Shown here: one piece after another, positions 13,462-26,500 of the stretch
Layout: each line of letters begins with the position of its first letter
How positions within the stretch are numbered: position 1 is the first letter of the stretch
Made by a program: the position numbers and the translations under genes
Source of the DNA: Chrysemys picta bellii
Taxonomy: Eukaryota
Assembly (NCBI RefSeq): GCF_011386835.1
Contig: NC_088802.1
Location: forward strand, 50,592,001-50,656,000
Reading direction: 5' to 3'
Length of the DNA stretch: 64,000 nucleotides
The notes under the pieces: model-generated
What the model saw: only the letters and a program-made list of their open reading frames with translations
Told to the model about the DNA's origin: nothing
Database searches by the model: none

Positions 13462-15410
13462 AACATTAATTTTAATATGCAGTTAGCAAAACTGCATCAC
13501 TTGAGGACTAATGTTCTCTAACAGTTTGCCAGCTCTATTTTTATAGCAGATCTATAACACCACTAATGAAAGTTCCACATTACCATACCTACATCAGTGC
13601 ACATACACAGAGCTATAATTTTATTCAATTCAGAGAAATGAAATAAAATGGTACAAAAAAAAAAAAGATAAATGAGTACTGAGAAAAAAAGTTTTCTAGC
13701 AGTCAGTGATCTCTGTATGCTTTGAGGGCAAACTAGACAAATGCAATCCATTCTGTCACAAAGGATGTAACGTGTCTGAATACTGCACTTTACATGGAAA
13801 TGAACAGTGAAAGATAAGTACAAAGAAGTTGAAGTATTAAATCTTTCAGTAGGCCGCTACCTTTTGGTTTTAAGGAAGTACAATTGCTCTGTTGCTAAAG
13901 ATCCCACATGGCCGAAATACATTTGACCTCATGTTTTAAATGTGTCATCTTAAAAACATATTTCACTTGTTAAAGTTCATTTTCAGAGTCATAAATCAAT
14001 GTGCAACTTGACTTATGTGCAGGGAGTGCAAAGTCTATTGAAAATGCATTAGCACATTTAAGACTAAGAGGATTATCACAATGCAAAAGAATGCATTGCT
14101 TGTAATGGTTTTCTGTCTCCTCACACAAAATAGGATACATACCCAATAAATAGGGTATGTTTACAGTATATTTTCAATATGTAGTCAAGGGACTGACATG
14201 TTTATTCATACATATAGGACCAATTAAGTTTGTATTAGACATTACAATTCTAATGCTACTTCATTTTTATTGAACAAAGTTTTCCATTAATATGCAGACT
14301 TATATCATGATCCTGCACACATTTACGTATATCAGCAGCCTCATTCAACTCAATTATTCTGTTCAGGTGCATAAAGTTTCTCAAATGCATAAATGTTTTT
14401 AGGACAGGGGCTTCAGGTTGGTGATGTATTTGTATATCGTACAAACAGTTTCTCATAGATGAAAGTGTCAAAATGTTACCATTTAACACAACATTCTCTT
14501 TAATTGCATTTAATAAAAGGGTATAAATTCTTTTACCGGTATTGAAATAAAAAGAGTTAAATTTATTATTATGCTTTGAACTTTGCTATAATTTATGTTT
14601 TTTTACATGAACTCTCCTGTCTGGAATAGATAAATTAAATGTCATCATAAATTAGGGGGGAGATGGTACGCTCTATAGCAGCGTAATAGCTGGACTTCAA
14701 TGTCTTTAGTAATAGAAAAAAATCTATTGTATATTATATTTGCATATTAAAATAAAATAACCCGGTTCAGTTTTTTATCTCAGAAAACAATATTTTTCTG
14801 GGATCCGTTGTAGAGCTGTAAGAAAAACAAACAAATGTTTCATATGTATTAAATGCTAAGTAATGGCACCCTGCACATACGTTATGATTGGTTTTTAGCT
14901 GAGCATTTCTAGAATGCCCAGACTAACATTTGAATAATTTCTAAAGAAGTAGAATGTTTTTTCTGAGGACAAAACACAAACAAAAAACAGTGTATATACC
15001 TTCTGTTTAAATGAAAAAGTTTAATTTATCAAAATCTAGCTCATTTTGAAAAGCCGCAGAGTTACAATTGATAGAACATGTACAGAAGGTTAACAGTGAA
15101 AAGAATACAATTTTAGTTTTATAACGAGTTCAAGATCAGTCATGGAAAAAACATATGGTAGGAAGAGAATTAATCTGGATGACAAATAGAGCAATGAAGG
15201 GTAAACTGAAATTTATGAAGGAGGTGGGGGCAAGTTTTGCTAGAACAGTGACTGCCTTTGCTCTGTACTTCATTAATTCATTCCAGCTCTATAACTTTGA
15301 GATTTGGGAATACCGGGTAACGAGTCATGCTCTCATTTACTGCCATTTAACAGTTCTCATGAGAACAGAGAGAGGGATTTCACAACATTATATTGTAAGC
15401 TAGGCCATGG

Positions 15411-16870
15411 ATACATAGATTCCAAGGCCCAAAGGGACCACTGTGATCATCTAGGCTGATGTCCTGTATAATACAGGCCATACAATTCCCCCCATAATAA
15501 TTCCTTGAGCATATATAATTTAGAAAAACATCCAATTTTGATTTTAAAACAGCCAGTGATGAAGAATACATCATGATCCTTGGTAAACTGTTCCACTGGT
15601 TAATTACCCTCACTGTTAAAAATGTACATCTTATTTCCGGTCTGAACTGGTCTAGCTTCCACTTCCAAACATTAGATCATGTTATAGCTTTCTCTACTAG
15701 ACTGAAGACCTGTTACTAAATATTTGTTCCCCATGTAGGTACTTACAGACTGCAATCAAGTCACCCCTATAACATTCTCTTTGTTAAGCTAAATAGAATG
15801 AGCTCCTTGAGTCTATCACCAAAAGGCATGTTTTCTAATTCTTCAGTCATTCTCATGGCTATTCTCTGAACCCTCTACACTTTATAAATATCCTTGTTTA
15901 CATCAGCACTATTATCTTTATCATCTAAATTTGTAATCTCATTAAAAAAATCTAGTTTGATAAGATCTATTTTCCATAAATCTGTGCTGATTGCCATTAA
16001 TTATTACTCTTCTTTAAGTCTTATTAATCAAGTCCCATATTAGCTGCTCCATTATCTTGCCCAGGATGAATGTCAGACTGACAGACCTATGATTACCCAG
16101 GTCGCTATGTCTATCCTTTTTATATATTGGTACAACATTAGCTTTCTTCCAGTCTTAGGAACATCGTCATTGCTCCAAGGCTTTGTGGTCCAGCAAGCAC
16201 CTCAGCCAACTCTTTTAAAACTCTTGGATGCAAGTTATCTGGACCAGCTGATTTTCAAATGTCTGACTTTAGTACCTCCTGATGTACTAGTGGAATAGAA
16301 AGAGTATCAACATCATATGATATGACTACATCATCTGTTTTTTCCCAAATATAAAACAGAAATATTTATTGAACACATCTGCCTTTTTTGTATTTATCAA
16401 TGCTAATTCTACTATTTACATATATTAATGGACTGATACCATTATTAGGATTTTTTTTTGTTGCTAATGTTATTAAAAAACTCCTTATTGACCCTGACTA
16501 TTCTGGTCATAGATTTCTCCTTGTGTCCTTTTGCTTCCTTTAGCGATTGTCTACAATTCCTCACTTCTGATTTATATTCACTACTATCAGCTTTCCCTTT
16601 CTTCTAGTCATTATATATTATTTTTTAGCAATAATTATTTATTATTTTAGCTATCTTCACTTCCCCTTTAAACCAGGTCAGTTTTTTAACCAATATGGCC
16701 TTTTCCCTTGATTGTGGGTCTATTGCTTTTGGGGCATTTTGGGGTAAAGCATTCTTAAAACAATTCCCTATTATCATTTACATTTTTCTGATTAAACTAT
16801 TCCTCTCAGCTGATCTGGCTCCTACTTGTTTTCAGCTTTGTGAAACTGGCCCTTTTAAAGCACAAAGCAT
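15411..16870 (-). mobile_element. CR1 LINE 3' portion, internally deleted and decayed
   Basis: Minus-strand translation gives the CR1 ORF2 C-terminus (RVINQWNSLP...LAVLKSKLDVFL, ORF 15380-15613) and the pre-RT motif PGNHRSVSLTFILGKIMEQLI (~16040-16100). CR1-type 3' tail at ~15411. Confidence 0.88.
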
Positions 16871-17716
16871 ACATAAGGCAGCAGAGAACTTAAGTGGAAA
16901 CTCAACAGAACCTCAGTAAAACGGTTATCATGTCCTAGCAGAGAGAGTGGGAAAAATAGGCCACCTTGTCCCACTTGAAAAGAGAGGCATGAATAGATTG
17001 GTGCAGCAGACCACTAACGGGGAACCTAGTGATAGACCAAGCTTTCCTGCTAATTGCAAATAGATATACCAAACTGTGTAGGTAAGTAACAGCCTTCCAA
17101 TTCACCAGAAGACCAGCAAGCAGAGGCAGGTAGGGCCTGTGCCCCTGCCCCCTTGAATGCATGAATTCAGAAAAAGTCAAATGATGCTAGAAATTCATGA
17201 TAATTTTCATAAACAACAACAAAAAATTTACTTCTTAAAATGAAACATTACTTGCCTAAAAATAAGAAACCAAACTATCAGAAGCACTGTACTTCTAAAA
17301 CTGCAAATGCTGTAGAGTCAGGATGTGTCTACTCATCAGTGAGGTCAGCCGCAGCTTGCAGAATCTAAGCTTTCATTTAATAACAACAACATTTCTAGAC
17401 CTCCTGGTTATAAAAGCCCCAATCCTGCATTTCTCTGCATACAGAGCCTTACTGAAGTCACTAGGATTCCACGGAGACACAACTGTGCACCCATGTTCAG
17501 TGAATTGAGGAATTGGGTCCTAATCCTTCAAATATGAAATAAGTGTAAACTATTGCTGTGCTGTAATTTTCAGACCTAGAAAGACAAGGGTCTCTGCTAC
17601 TGCTCATTGCTTGTTTAAGCTATACCAGTGTGAAAACTGGTCTTGGTTCACTGGTGGTATTGGGAATCTCCTGTAGGCAGTTGTGAAATTGGCAACTATT
17701 AGAGCACTTTCACACA

Positions 17717-18013
17717 GGGTACGTCCAGACTACCCGCTGTATCGGCAGGCAGCGATCGATTTATCGGGGATCGATATATCGCGTCTCGTTAAGATGCGAT
17801 ATATCGATCCCCGAACGTGCTCCCCGTTGACTCCGGAACTCCAAAGCGAGCAGCAGTAGCAGAGTCGACAGGGAAGCCGCGGCCGTCGATCCCGCGCCAT
17901 GAGGACAGGAGGTAAGTCGGAATAAGCGATGTCAACTTCAGCTACGGTATTCCCGTAGCTGAAGTTGCTTATGTTACATTGACACCCCTCCCCCCCACAG
18001 TGTAGACCAGGCC
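17717..18013. mobile_element. Non-autonomous PIF/Harbinger-type MITE (~297 bp), sister subfamily of 3236-3531
   Basis: Ends GGGTACGTCCAGACT ... AGTGTAGACCAGGCC followed by TTA; colinear hairpins at 17766-17812 and 17934-17966. Confidence 0.75.
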
Positions 18014-18440
18014 TTAGGATTTATATGAGCAAGAACAGAGGCATACACAGAGCAGTGCATCTCAAATGTATTTGATCATGCACCCCTTCTTTGTGTCTGC
18101 AGTAGTTTACGACCCCCTCCCCTCCCCACCACACAAACATATATACCAATAAAAAATATGCAACTCTCACTAAATATTAAAACAGTAAGGCATTGATTCA
18201 AACAAAGCCAACGATCCATTGTAATAAGATCAAAAGCAAAACTGCTATCGTGGTCGATGCTTAAAATTAAATGTGCACACCTTGTCATAGCAAATGGATT
18301 AACATACAGATAGCAACAACTCTGTATAATGTGATGAAAGCTTAACAGAATCTGTCAAAAGGCACAGCGCCACCTGAGGACCTGATATGTCTGGAGGAAT
18401 CCGCTTTTGCTAGTTATTCATTGCTGTTCGTAAAATGTGC

Positions 18441-18818
18441 ACATAAGAACGGCCATACTGGGTCAGACCAAAGGTCCATCTAGCCCAGTATCCTGTCTTC
18501 CGACAGGTTAGCAAACAGAAGCTAAGGACACCATGCCTGCCCACCCTGGCTAATAGCCATTGATGGACCTAACCTCCATTAATTTATCTAGTTCTTTTTT
18601 TAATCCAGTTACAGTCCTGGCCTTCACAACATCCTCTGGCAAAGAGTTCCACAGGTTCACAGTACATTGTATGAAGAAATATTTCCTTTTGTTTGTTTTA
18701 AACCTGTTGCCTATTAATTTCATTTGGTGACTCCTAGTTCTTGTGTTATGAGTAAATAACACTTCCTTATTTACTTACTCCACACCAGTCATGATTTTAT
18801 AGACCTCTATCATATCCC
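18441..18818 (-). mobile_element. CR1 LINE 3' end, 5'-truncated
   Basis: ORF 18550-18762 (-) NTRTRSHQMKLIGNRFKTNKRKYFFIQCTVNLWNSLPEDVVKA...KKELDKLME is the typical CR1 ORF2 C-terminus, followed by a 3' UTR ending GTTCTTATGT. Confidence 0.93.
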
Positions 18819-19122
18819 AATTTCCCCCCCTAAAGCTTCTCACATCCTACCCCTCCCAGAATACATTCCATGCCCCCCCCCAGGGGGGCCAGCTCTCCAC
18901 TCTGAAAACTTCTGCACACGAAGTATTTACAGGGACATGACCTAAAACTGCAGGCTAGGAGAGGTGTAAAGTAGCACTCTCCACCCACCCAGGAAGTGAT
19001 GGGTAATGCCTGTTGGGGACTGGGTTAGAAAGGGTGGCGAGAAGAGCCTGAAGAAACTGCTCTTTTCTTGCTCCTACCTATCAGATGGGATTATGAGGTT
19101 CACCTGAGCATTACAATTAAAC

Positions 19123-20024
19123 CAGGGTGGGGAACCTCTGGCCCACTGCTTAATTTAATCTGGCCTGTGGCAAGTCCCCACGCCGAAGGCCAGAAGCCCA
19201 GAGTGCCAGCACCCTCCCTTCCCCCTGCAGCTCCTGGGCAGAGGAATGATCAGGGAAGCCCCGCATGCTGCCTCCGGCCCCCCGTGCCAGCTCCGCAGCT
19301 CCCATTGGCCGGAAACCTCGGCCAATGGGAGCTGCGGGTGCGGGCAGCATGCACCACGCAGAGCCCCTGGCCACCCCTCTGCCTAGGGGCCGGACACGCC
19401 TGCCGCTTCCGGGAGCAGCGCGGAGCCTGCCTTAGCTCCGCCGTCCGGGAGCTGCTTCAGGTAAGCGCCACCTGGCCAGAGCCCTCTGCCGCACCTTAAC
19501 TCCCTCCCAGACCCTGCACCCCACCCACACTCCAACCCCAAGCCCTGAGCTCCCTCCCAAACCCAAACTCCCTCCCAGAGCCTCACATTCTATCTGCACC
19601 CCCAATCCCCTGCCCCAGTTCAAAACCCCCCTTTCCCGCACCCTGACTCCCTCCCAGAGCCCGCACCGCCACCTGTACTGCAACCCCTACCCCAGGTCGG
19701 AACCCCCTTCCACACTCCAAGCCCTCGGCCTCAGCCCCACCCCCAGCCTGAACCTCACCCCCTCCCACACCCCAACCCCAGCCCAGAACCTGCTTCCTGA
19801 ACCCCTCATTTCTGGCCCCAGCCCAGAGGAAGCCCTGAGCCTCCGCACACCCCACCCCACCCCACGCGCAGGGCTGGAGCCACGAGCGTTGGCTCACCCC
19901 ACTGTGGGGGAAAGCCCTGAGCTTCTTCTCTCCCCCTTCACCCCCACGGGGCTGGGTGTGGCCAACGATTGATTTTTCTCTGTGGGTCAATGGCCCCTAA
20001 TAGAAAAAATGTTCCCCACCCCTA
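19123..20024. mobile_element. Non-autonomous hAT-type (Charlie-like TIR) element with a GC-rich interior
   Basis: TIRs CAGGGTGGGGAACC ... TGTTCCCCACCCCTA; interior has degenerate CTCCCTCCCAGA(G/C)CC tandem units and the CCAATGGGAGCTGCG motif shared with 51415-51841 and 56039-57005. No clean TSD. Confidence 0.65.
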
Positions 20025-20607
20025 CATCCGACAGTAAGTATTGGGAAATTTTCTTCTGCATATTATAACTCAGAACTTTGTTCCTTTAACCAGGCAATTC
20101 AACTAAGAGCTAGATAAAATAGCCTCATGGAAGGCAAAGAAGAATCACTTTCAATCCCAAACAACATGAGCTGTTTTTAAAGCATGATGAAAACAGCTAA
20201 TATTTTGACAGAGAAAAAGAAAACAACGTAACCTCTCTGAAAAACAAACAAGGAAGAGAGCTTATTCACTAAATTCATGATTTTATGTTGTGTTGAAAAA
20301 AATTTTCCCTCCCCACATTCTTTTGTTTTTCTTTTTGTTTATTTTGGTTGGTTGATTTTTTGCTGCCAATGTAATTAACCTGGAACCTGAAAAAAAATCT
20401 AAATATGTCTCTGGCTATTTATCTGAGATGAGACATTTTCATCTGCCTTTTCCACCAAGCCATTCATGGATGTGGAATAAAGTTGGAGATAATATTTCCT
20501 AAGTATGATAAATATATTATGAAAATATAAGGCTCGAGTAACAAAAATAAATGAAAACCAAAAAATACAGCATACATTTGGAGGCCAATATGTACTTTCA
20601 CAATGCA

Positions 20608-20712
20608 TAGGGTGACCAGATGTCCTGTTTTGGGGGACTTTTTCTTATATAGCCGCCTATTATCCTCCCTCCCCCTATACCGTTTTTTCACAGTTGCTAT
20701 CTGGTCACCCTA
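20608..20712. mobile_element. hAT MITE (105 bp; Blackjack-like TIR)
   Basis: TIRs TAGGGTGACCAGAT ... ATCTGGTCACCCTA; perfect 8-bp TSD ACAATGCA at 20600-20607 and 20713-20720. Confidence 0.92.
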
Positions 20713-21124
20713 ACAATGCAGTACAAAAAAAAAAAAAAAAGCACAGGATTTGATTTACACAACAATTTGTTTGTGTTTCACAACATACACCTTTTAAGAT
20801 CAGATCTGCTAAACGCATTCAAAATACAAGCTGCTTATTATCAAAACATTTAATTGAATCAACAGAATATTCAGAAAGCATTTGACATGCATTTCTCAAG
20901 AGAGCATATCTTTCTAAAAGACATGCGCTAGCTCAACTACAAATTTTGGGCTTGATGCAGGAATCCCTGGGTGAAATTCTCTGGCCTGTGTTATAGAGAA
21001 GTCAGATTAGATGATCATAACAGCCCCTACTTTTAACGTTTATGTATCTATGACATCAGTTTAATATCTAGTTTATGGTTCGTATAGAACGCTAAAGTTT
21101 AACTACCAGTCCTAGGTCTAAGGG

Positions 21125-21146
21125 GTTGTTGTTGTTGTTGTTGTTG
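21125..21146. repeat. (GTT)7 microsatellite
   Basis: Read directly from the sequence. Confidence 0.95.
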
Positions 21147-21399
21147 ACACTAAGCTAATAAGACAATTTACTGATAAATATCTAACATATTTTGTTTCAT
21201 ATACTTTGTAATGATTTTTTTTTTAGAGGAACAAGAATATAAAATTGGTGATTAGAGTGCCAACAAAAAATTCCACACCATCCACTTAGATGAAAACCAT
21301 AAAATGAGTCAAAATTAATCAGGCCACAACTTTATTATTAGATGTGGGGAGATAAAACTGTACAGTGGCAGGTAGCTTCATATTCATTCAATATCTCAA

Positions 21400-21990
21400 T
21401 GGCAGGCTTCGATCAGCCCTCCCCCCACCCTTTTTCCATCCAGGTCCCCCAGCCAACCCATTGCCGGGTCCTTACCATCGCCACCCCTCGAACTAAGGTT
21501 AAGGTGGGCTATAAGAAAGGGGGCTTGGCTCCCTGCTGTACCAGTCATAGGAGTACCAACCGCACTCCTCCCCAGTTCCGCTCCTTTAACAAACACCTCC
21601 TTTTAAGTCCTTTACCAAGCCATTTATCTGGTGACTGTACATCTTCCTTAATGAATATCTGCACTGGACATCCGCCCCACACTTACGTAATTAACTGTGA
21701 CATTCCCTTCCCTTCACCGTAACAAAGCCCTCCCTGCACCCTGTGGGGAAGGTGAAAACCCCCCACTCCACCTAGGCCAATCTAATGGTGAGGGAAAAAT
21801 TCCTTTCCAGACGAGCGACTAGCATGATGCCCACGGCAAACATGGTATTTTGCCACGCTGACCAACTCCCCCCCCCCCCCTTTTGCAGCAGCTTCTGAGC
21901 CTCTCCCCCTCCCTTGCCCGAAAAGTGCTATCTCCACTCCCCCCAGCAAGCTGGACAATGGGCCCCCCCACTTAAGGTACAGTGTAGTGC
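21400..21990 (-). mobile_element. GC-rich interspersed-repeat fragment, possibly a CR1-related 3' UTR
   Basis: GCCAATCT..GGGAAAAATTCCTT(T)CC at ~21775-21808 resembles 55793-55825 inside the CR1 copy; boundaries uncertain. Confidence 0.3.
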
Positions 21991-22227
21991 AGTCATTTCC
22001 AAAGTGGTTCGAAAGGGATGGTGGACAGGGTTTTTTTTTTTAAACCTTTTTCAATATATGAGTGGCATTAAAAATGCATTGGCTGAGCATAGTTATATCA
22101 TTAAATATAACTGTTTTTCTGTACTAGGTGATTAACATGTTTAATTAACATATTTTAATTAGCCTGCTAATTAATATATTTTAAAACACTATTCATTTTC
22201 CCAGTGTAGATAAAGTATATTGTATAA

Positions 22228-22304
22228 GGGCACGTCTTCACTACCCGCTGGATCGGTGGGTAGCGATCGATCTATCGGGGATCGATTTATTGCGTCTAGT
22301 GAAG
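22228..22304. mobile_element. Truncated copy (left end) of the 17717-type Harbinger-like MITE
   Basis: TAA|GGGCACGTCTTCACTACCCGCTGGATCGGTGGGTAGCGATCGATCTATCGGGGATCGATTTATTGCGTCT aligns to 17717-17786 and stops just after the first hairpin loop. Confidence 0.85.
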
Positions 22305-22968
22305 CTAAAATGGATGGTTACGATGACTAAACTAGAATTCACTTTCCCTTTATTATCTTATAACCTGTCACACAACAGAGATCATATGCCCTCCACAAGT
22401 GCTGATACAAAAAAAAAACAGTGAACTTGAGAGAGTTTACTTTGAGAAACAGTTATTTGTACTGAATTATTTTTAAAAGTTCTAGTGTAATGTTCAAAAT
22501 GAAACCAACATCATCATTTTATTAAAATGTGGTACATATAATAACTTAAGCAAGCATGAATACGCTGGATATTTCACATTCATAACCCAAACCATTATAT
22601 GGATCTGAATAAAGCACCATCTATAAAGCAAGTATCTCACACTTATTCTATCTAGGTTTTTATAAGGTTTCCCATCACCATGGTGTCTGAATATCTTCCA
22701 CAAAATTTTTTCCTCTTTACATTCTGCTTTTTTCACTACCCTAGGAATCTATCACTTTCGTAATTTTAAGTTCCAGCAAAGAAAGATCATTCCTATATTT
22801 CAGAATGGTAGCCTTAAAATAAAGCATGTTACTTTCAATGTGCAAGCAGATCAAAGTGAAATAATAATAATTTATTATAATGCTAAATATACATAGCAAT
22901 CAAGATTTGTTTTCTGCATTTTTTATCTCCTTATCTTAAAAATCTTAAAACAAGTCTTAAAAGTAGTA

Positions 22969-23023
22969 TCAGAGGGATAGCCATGTTAGTCTTTAAGGTG
23001 CCACCGGACTCCTCATTGTTCTT
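22969..23023. mobile_element. Short rearranged Penelope pLTR fragment
   Basis: TCAGAGGGATAGCCATGTTAGTC is joined to TTTAAGGTGCCACCGGACTCCTC; both halves are homologous, in opposite orientations, to 30695-30774. Confidence 0.65.
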
Positions 23024-23435
23024 AAATAAAGGTCTTCCCAGATTTTTACTGGTTTGCAATTTATTCACTAGACTCCCCGAATTCTGTGGAAATACAAACT
23101 TGATTCCCTCAAAGTTTCATAACAGCTCATTTTCTGAGGAGGTTCTAATAGTTCTCTTTCCCTTCTCCAATACATAAAAAGTCCTTCGGCTTCAGGAAGA
23201 AGCAAGAACTGAGTAGGGTGTTTTAAGGTACGTTTTTATTTAATTTCAGTTTATAGTTCTTGACCTCACTGATGTTCCCTACTAGCCTTATTCACAGCCT
23301 TACACTGTCTGACTTCAAAAAGCTCTTACTAAGCACACTTCAGTCTTTCACCAGCTGTTTTTTCCACATAACATCATTCTATGCAGTAATGGTTTCTATT
23401 GTTTGCATTTCCTGCATTGCAGAGTTAGATATTTT

Positions 23436-23524
23436 GGGCATGATCTTCATCTGGTGTAAACTGGCATTGCTCCACTGACTTCAGCTGAGCTAGGCTGATT
23501 TTATACCAGCTGAGGTTCTAGCTC
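23436..23524. repeat. Short palindromic interspersed repeat (MITE-like); related copy at ~31332-31397
   Basis: Arms ..ATCTGGTGTAAA / TTATACCAGCTGAG..; the 31332 copy reads GAGCCAGATTCTCAGCTAGCATAAAT...ATTTACACCGGCTAAGGATCTAGTCC. Confidence 0.5.
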
Positions 23525-26500
23525 AATGAATACTGTCCACTTGATAGCCTAGTCTGCTAATCTGTCTAAATCCCAATGAATCCTGCAATTATCATTTGGG
23601 TAGTTTGTTTCACTTATTGAAAGATCACTGACTAGAATTGCTATTAATATTACTCACAGCTGAGGCACATTTTAGGAACCAAAGATATTTTTGACTTCCA
23701 ATTTCCCTCTCTAGTGAAAAGAATAGCTTGATTTAGGCTTGCATAAGCAGTCATGTGGGAGGGTAGTTTCTTCACATCCTTCATTATAGTCAAAAAAAGA
23801 ATCAGATTTTTTGTCTGCTTTGACAACTGCTTACTTCTGTAGCAGTTGTGACCTACCTTTGGAGAGGCTGCAAGAACACCTACATCAAAAAGATTGCACA
23901 ATCTTTAACTAATTGTTTCTCAGGAACCACAACATCACTGGAAGGGAGCTGATTTGGCTATGTAATGCTTTCCCGCCATCCTGAGATCCTACACTACTTA
24001 GCGCCAACTCTACCTCTAAACAACTTGAGTAATTGTTATGAAATCATCACACATTTTGCCAGACATTTCTGGTAGTTTCTTTATCCTCCTTCTCAAAGAT
24101 CTTTATCATGTTCAGGAAATTTGCATCTATTTTATAAATCAATTATATTTGGGGATTTGCATTTACATGTTTTTAATTATTACTGGTAAACCTTTGGAAT
24201 GTGTTAAGAAATAGTTTTATATTGCCTGTGACATGACATAATGCTTCCCTGATTTTTTTCTTTCAAATCTGTTGTACGTGTTATAGGACATTTTAATTTA
24301 TTTGATTCTACAGGGTCAAGTGTGGACATTTAGTTAACCGCAGCAAGGGTAAAGAACAAGTTTCTCAGGTTTCTTACAGACTCACTGGATTTGAGTTGTG
24401 TTAATGGCTTTTTTAGCAACACTGCCACAATAGCTTTGAAGAAGGTGGTAAGCTGGTGCAATTCACACACTGAGCGATCCTGAAGATGAAAGTTACACCA
24501 TGTCCCTTCTGAGTACGGCCCCCTGAAATTACTTTTTCCTTCCAAGGAAACCAAGGAGATTGCATGATGAAGTGTAACCCTGGATGTCCCATACAGCTTA
24601 AAGACGCATTATATGGATAAGCACTAACCTGACACCTTTTCAAGGTATCTAGCAGACAAGCCAGACATTCTCTTGAAAGCAAATCAATATGTTCATCGTA
24701 TCACCAGCAAATATGGCTTGTATACTTAGTGGATAAATAGTATGTCAGGAACAATAAACTTGTCCATGATACACCACTGATTGTTTTAATTTTTATTTAA
24801 AATGCCAAAACAGCTTCTTCTCAGTAAATAACAGGCTAAATAAATAAATAAAAAAAATCATGAGAAATGTTCTTGCCAAGGTCCCTCATAAAACTGAGTT
24901 TTTTAGCCCACATATCTTAATATGTTATCTTCGTGTTATATCTCATTACAATTGTTAAATCCATTAATTTTTTATGCTGTGTTTAAAAGTTCTCTCTAAA
25001 ACAACTAATTCCTCTACAAAGCATCCAAAATGGATGGATCAATTCCTCTTTTGTCCAAAAAGTACATGGTCACTACTGTCCAAAAGGATCCCCATCACAA
25101 CCGATGGCCCCTTATAGGAAATCCTATTTTAGGGTCTTGAGGATTGCCTTAAAGAAAAGCTGTAGATTGTTAACTAATAGAGTTGCTTAGTAGTCTTCTC
25201 AATGACTGTTGATCAATGCTCAGGCAACAACTCAAGCAGCTTATGGATAACCAACATAATCTATCAGTGACACTCCAGAACATGATGAATAATCAACTAG
25301 GAAACAACACAAAGTGGAATGATCCAGGAAAATATGCAGGGAGAATCAGCCAAATATAAGGAAGAATTGGACTGAATCCAAATTGTACAGGTGTTCCACA
25401 TATTACAAAGGATCCATTAGGCACATTAGCTATTAAGTGGATTTTTATGAAGCATTTGTAGTCTCATTCTAGTTCCTAGTGGACGGCTTCTACTTTACCA
25501 CCAAGGAATTGTATTGTATTGATCTGATTCTCTCCCTTCTATGTGATAAACTCTATATTATGGCTGATAGTGTTGGGGCAATGTAGGAAGAATCTCTTTT
25601 ATTGCCATGACGCATTCCATCCATCGGTTTCAATTATATTAGTCTAGCACCTGGGGTGAGGACTCTCTCGCGCTCTCTCTCACTCACACATACACACCCC
25701 CTTCACAAATAGAAAACTCCCATTGAAGTTTGCACAAGAAAGAACTGAGGAAGCAGTGAGTAAGAATATCAAGAGGTGACCTTTAATGCACTTAAGTGGA
25801 GTGGACCGTACTTGGAAAACGATCAGTAAAGACATCAATAAGCAACATAGAAAGAGGTCATCATAATAAAGTGTAGTGCACATCAGTAAAATCAACTATC
25901 AGACTAACACTCCCATAAATACTTTTATATGGAAGGTTTAAGTGCACTCTCTTTCAAAAATGCATAGTAAGCTTCTATTAAGACTACTCATTTAAATCAA
26001 TTTCCAGATGTAGCACAGTAGCCTGTGTTTAGGATTATCTGAACTAACAGTTGAGTAATCATAATAGACTAATTAATTTGATTTAATCAAATGTGTACTG
26101 AATTAACAAGTCATTATGGAGATGATGCACAACTCTCTCCCAGTGTCCTGCTTACATGTTATCTTTGTAAGCCGGGAAAAAAAGCAATCAGCATCACTGC
26201 AAGCAAAATACTCAATACTTTCAAACAAGAAATGTTTTAATTCTCAGACTGATCACTGAAAATTAGAATAGAACCACCTGTTAATGCACGATTCCAATAA
26301 AAAATAAAAATGATTTTTTTTGCAGTGTGAAATCAAGTGTATGCGTGTATGTATATACACTCACACACACACGCACGCGCCACTTAAATCCCACTTCAAC
26401 GCTGCACGAATTCAATAATTAATGCCTCCAAGCCTTGAACCCAAAACTAGTGTTACAAGTGAAACTGTTGTGTAAGTAGTACATATGGATAACTAACTTC

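Noticed and set aside
14760-14830. Strong minus-strand acceptor (TTTGTTTTTCTTACAG) followed by short frames and a downstream AATAAA
   Set aside because: All three frames stop within about 15 codons and none is recognisable; indistinguishable from a pseudo-acceptor.
19068-19990. Cluster of long overlapping GC-rich ORFs (also 51356-51904 and 56207-57167)
   Set aside because: They lie within GC-rich non-autonomous transposons where stop codons are rare; the translations are low-complexity G/P/A/R-rich.
24564-24634. ATGATGA ... CTGA spacing like a C/D box snoRNA
   Set aside because: No terminal stem, no clear D'/C' boxes, and on the strand opposite the inferred host transcript.
24388-24672. Two possible minus-strand exons joining as ECLACLLDTLKRCQ-DRSVCELHQLTTFFKAIVAVLL
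   Set aside because: Splice sites are plausible, but the peptide matches nothing I know and such pairs arise by chance.
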